This document shows, piece by piece, positions 61,843 through 64,000 of a stretch of DNA of 64,000 nt (positions within the stretch are counted from its first letter, which is position 1; every line of letters begins with the position of its first letter). The stretch lies in assembly GCA_938075675.1 (NCBI GenBank), contig CALJHE010000011.1, positions 10,603 through 74,602 of the forward strand, in the 5' to 3' direction. This DNA comes from Candidatus Poseidoniaceae archaeon. Lineage in GTDB: Archaea > Thermoplasmatota > Poseidoniia > Poseidoniales > Poseidoniaceae. The position numbers and the translations under genes are program-made. A model generated the notes under the pieces. It searched no databases and was not told where the DNA came from. It saw only the letters and a program-made list of their open reading frames with translations.

Positions 61843-62919
61843 ATGGAAGTAAAACTTGGCGGGCCAGAACAATCAACACCTGGAGCCCTTATCGTCGTAG
61901 GAATCGTCGTATTTGTTCTTGGGTGCATATGGCCAGTCATTGCCCTGGGCGACTTTACTGACGAATTGGAAGCTCGATCTTGGAACACGGTTGATGCTAC
62001 AGTTCTTGAATTAGAAATTGAGGAATACAATTATGAATGCGGCGATAGTGAATCTGGGTCTTCGACCTGTACAGATTATTACGCTAATTACATGCTGCGG
62101 TATGTCGTTGATGGAATCACGTATACACACTCCGATGAAGTGAAAGTTTCTCACTTCGAATCTCGAGTATGGGAAGTTGATTATCCTAAAAATTCTACAC
62201 GAGAAATCGCTTATGACTCCGAAGACCCCAACAACATCGATATCGATCAGGGGAATTTCGCCCCATTTATCCCACCTGCATTGGTTTGCCTCTTCTGCAC
62301 CTTCCTCGCCTCTTTGTGTTTCATTGGTGCGTTTAGAGAAATTTTCAATCCACGAGAGCCAGTAAACCCTGATGAGAAATCAGATATCCCCTATTCCGAT
62401 GAACCGTTGCATTTTGCATCGGTAAAAAATGTCTGGGGGGAGTTGCATTTTGCACACCCCTCTGTTGAAGCATTAGCAAGAAAAATGAAATCATATTCGT
62501 GTACGGACGCTCAAATTGACGAGTTTTTCTTAATTTGTAAAAAACAAAATCAAGACAAAAGCAACTCAACTCCTCTCGACAGAGATTGGTTGATCGAAAT
62601 TGAAGAAATTGTAGAGACGCATGATTCTGAAGCAAGTCGAGATTTGGTCGGCCTCTTGAAGAAAGGTCGAATCGTGGTCGCTGGAATTGGTGTCGTTTTA
62701 GTGGTTACATCGTTGATTGTAGTCCTCCCATTGTTGACCAAGTATGGCGCACTCCCATGGTACGGTTGGGTTTTGGGCATCGGAACGCTCGGTTCAATTG
62801 GATTGTCGTTTGTACTGACAAAAATTGCTCAAGAAACGGCGAAATTTTCAGACCAAGGACTTGGTGAGATACTGGTTGAGTTCGCCAATGAAGAAATTCA
62901 TGGTTACTACGAAGATTGA
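61843..62919 (+). CDS. Hypothetical membrane protein with DUF3592-like N-terminal module
   Basis: The layout is a TM helix, a beta-rich segment and a second TM helix, as in DUF3592. A soluble region and two C-terminal TM helices follow. Confidence 0.5.
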   Translation: MEVKLGGPEQSTPGALIVVGIVVFVLGCIWPVIALGDFTDELEARSWNTVDATVLELEIEEYNYECGDSESGSSTCTDYYANYMLRYVVDGITYTHSDEVKVSHFESRVWEVDYPKNSTREIAYDSEDPNNIDIDQGNFAPFIPPALVCLFCTFLASLCFIGAFREIFNPREPVNPDEKSDIPYSDEPLHFASVKNVWGELHFAHPSVEALARKMKSYSCTDAQIDEFFLICKKQNQDKSNSTPLDRDWLIEIEEIVETHDSEASRDLVGLLKKGRIVVAGIGVVLVVTSLIVVLPLLTKYGALPWYGWVLGIGTLGSIGLSFVLTKIAQETAKFSDQGLGEILVEFANEEIHGYYED

Positions 62920-62928
62920 GAGAAATCC

Positions 62929-64000
62929 TCACTTCGATTTTCTGCTCGATTTCTTGCCGGGATTCTTACTTTTTTTCTGACTGGACTTCGACTTCATTTG
63001 AACCGTCCATTGGAAATAGACGGATTCGTTGCCTACCTTGAACAACGTCTCGTAGGAATCTGCGAGGCCGGAGTCTGAATCTCGACCATCAAAAGCCAAT
63101 TGATAGGAAAGAAGGCCGTCGTCGTTGGAGTTGAGCCTTGACACCAGTTTCGATTCTTCATCGCCCGGTGAAGTTTGAATATGTTGGTTGGTGATTTTAA
63201 AACGTCCTTCGTTCTCGATTCGATTCATATCCATCACTTCAAACACCTCAGCAGGAGAAACATCCTTGCTTGTAATGGATTCGTTACTGTAGACAATCGT
63301 TTCCGGTTCAACCTCGGTTAACTTCTTGAGAATGAATGGGTCTTCTCGTGTTCCCTTTCCAACCTTAAACTTCGGTCGAGAAGTTGTGTTTGAAGGATTT
63401 GCATCCTTGAAGACCACTCTGTTTTTCGGGACCAACAACATGCCAACTGCAACAAAAACCAAAAGGAGGATGGGGCAAAGAAGGTACCCAAGTTTCATTG
63501 GCGTTGTGCTGCTGCCATCTATACTCAGGTTCTCTTTAACTTCAAGAGTGATTGAGAACGAGCGACTGTGAACGGTATTGTTCGCCCAAATCACGAATTC
63601 TGTCAACTCCATTGGTTCAGTAGGTGTACCTCGAATGCTTCCATCGAGGAATGCCTCTCGAGCTGGACTCCAACCAAACGTCAAACCTTCAGGTAATTCT
63701 CCAACAATCTCCCAAGTGCCTACTTCACCATCACCTGTGAGGTTCGGAAGGAAGGGTTCTATTTCGTCACCCACAACAAGCGATAGGTTGTTGGATGAAT
63801 AGTTGAATTCGAATGTAAGATCAAGGCGATCGTCGAGGTTGTTACAAATTCCATCTCCATCCATATCCTCTGGGACACTGTTTCGGTCAAGGCGGTCCGT
63901 TCCACATTCTTCCTCTTGAAGGTCAGTCCACAAATCATTATCATCATCCAAATCAAGAATCAATGGTGGCTCGCTGGTTGAATTACCAAACATCTCATCT
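62929..64000 (-). CDS. Cell-surface protein, probably 5'-truncated by the window edge; extracellular acidic/Ig-like part, one TM helix, Lys-rich cytoplasmic domain
   Basis: The frame stays open upstream of the Met at 63993 to the window end. It has a DMDGDGICNNLDD Ca-binding-like motif and a putative-Ig motif (LPEGLTFGWSP...GSIRGTPTEP). A TM helix (LLCPILLLVFVAVGMLLV) is followed by a 170-aa cytoplasmic part ending KSKSSQKKSKNPGKKSSRKSK. Confidence 0.6.
   Translation of the reverse strand, partial: DEMFGNSTSEPPLILDLDDDNDLWTDLQEEECGTDRLDRNSVPEDMDGDGICNNLDDRLDLTFEFNYSSNNLSLVVGDEIEPFLPNLTGDGEVGTWEIVGELPEGLTFGWSPAREAFLDGSIRGTPTEPMELTEFVIWANNTVHSRSFSITLEVKENLSIDGSSTTPMKLGYLLCPILLLVFVAVGMLLVPKNRVVFKDANPSNTTSRPKFKVGKGTREDPFILKKLTEVEPETIVYSNESITSKDVSPAEVFEVMDMNRIENEGRFKITNQHIQTSPGDEESKLVSRLNSNDDGLLSYQLAFDGRDSDSGLADSYETLFKVGNESVYFQWTVQMKSKSSQKKSKNPGKKSSRKSK

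Noticed and set aside
1-64000. A window-wide scan for CRISPR arrays, IS elements or transposases, integrases, restriction-modification or other known defence modules, rRNA genes, inteins and large direct or inverted repeats.
   Set aside because: None were seen. The only repeats found are the intragenic protease array, the (GCT)7 tract and short palindromes.

Overview
This is a gene-dense 64-kb archaeal chromosomal segment. I call about 62 protein-coding genes and 2 tRNA-Gly genes. Most spacers are under 120 bp and many gene junctions overlap by 4 nt. I found no rRNA, CRISPR array, transposase, integrase, toxin-antitoxin pair or recognisable defence gene.

Archaeal identity rests on fibrillarin-Nop5, TFS, PCNA, Alba, Bud32 (KEOPS), deoxyhypusine synthase and a type IV filament locus. 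These sit beside many bacterial-looking metabolic genes:
- three crotonases, 3-hydroxyacyl-CoA dehydrogenase and aldehyde dehydrogenase
- a BoxB-like diiron oxygenase
- class II FBPase, NadA, MoaC and MoaE

There is also a large C-terminally anchored surface and peptidase repertoire: a 1874-aa S8 protease with about 29 acidic Ca-binding-type repeats, an M14 carboxypeptidase, a BNR/sialidase-like propeller and a 1032-aa orphan. By inference only, this pattern fits a planktonic protein- and lipid-degrading Thermoplasmatota-type archaeon such as Marine Group II/III.

No clear-cut undescribed system is proven here. The candidates most worth follow-up are:
1. An Epd/Tad-like pilus locus (39.35-44.4 kb) with a split platform protein. 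One half carries a roughly 200-aa extracytoplasmic insertion, and two candidate pilins follow.
2. A GH1 beta-glycosidase fused to a sugar-1-phosphate nucleotidyltransferase, tail-to-tail with a compact galactokinase-like kinase. This could be a three-step sugar salvage module.
3. A cysteine-free Mrp/NBP35 ATPase with an insertion replacing the CXXC motif, coupled to a Cys-rich DUF971 gene.
4. A BoxB-like oxygenase operon lacking BoxA and BoxC.
5. A GNAT-aminotransferase fusion.

All family assignments come from motif recognition by eye. No database search or HMM was run.
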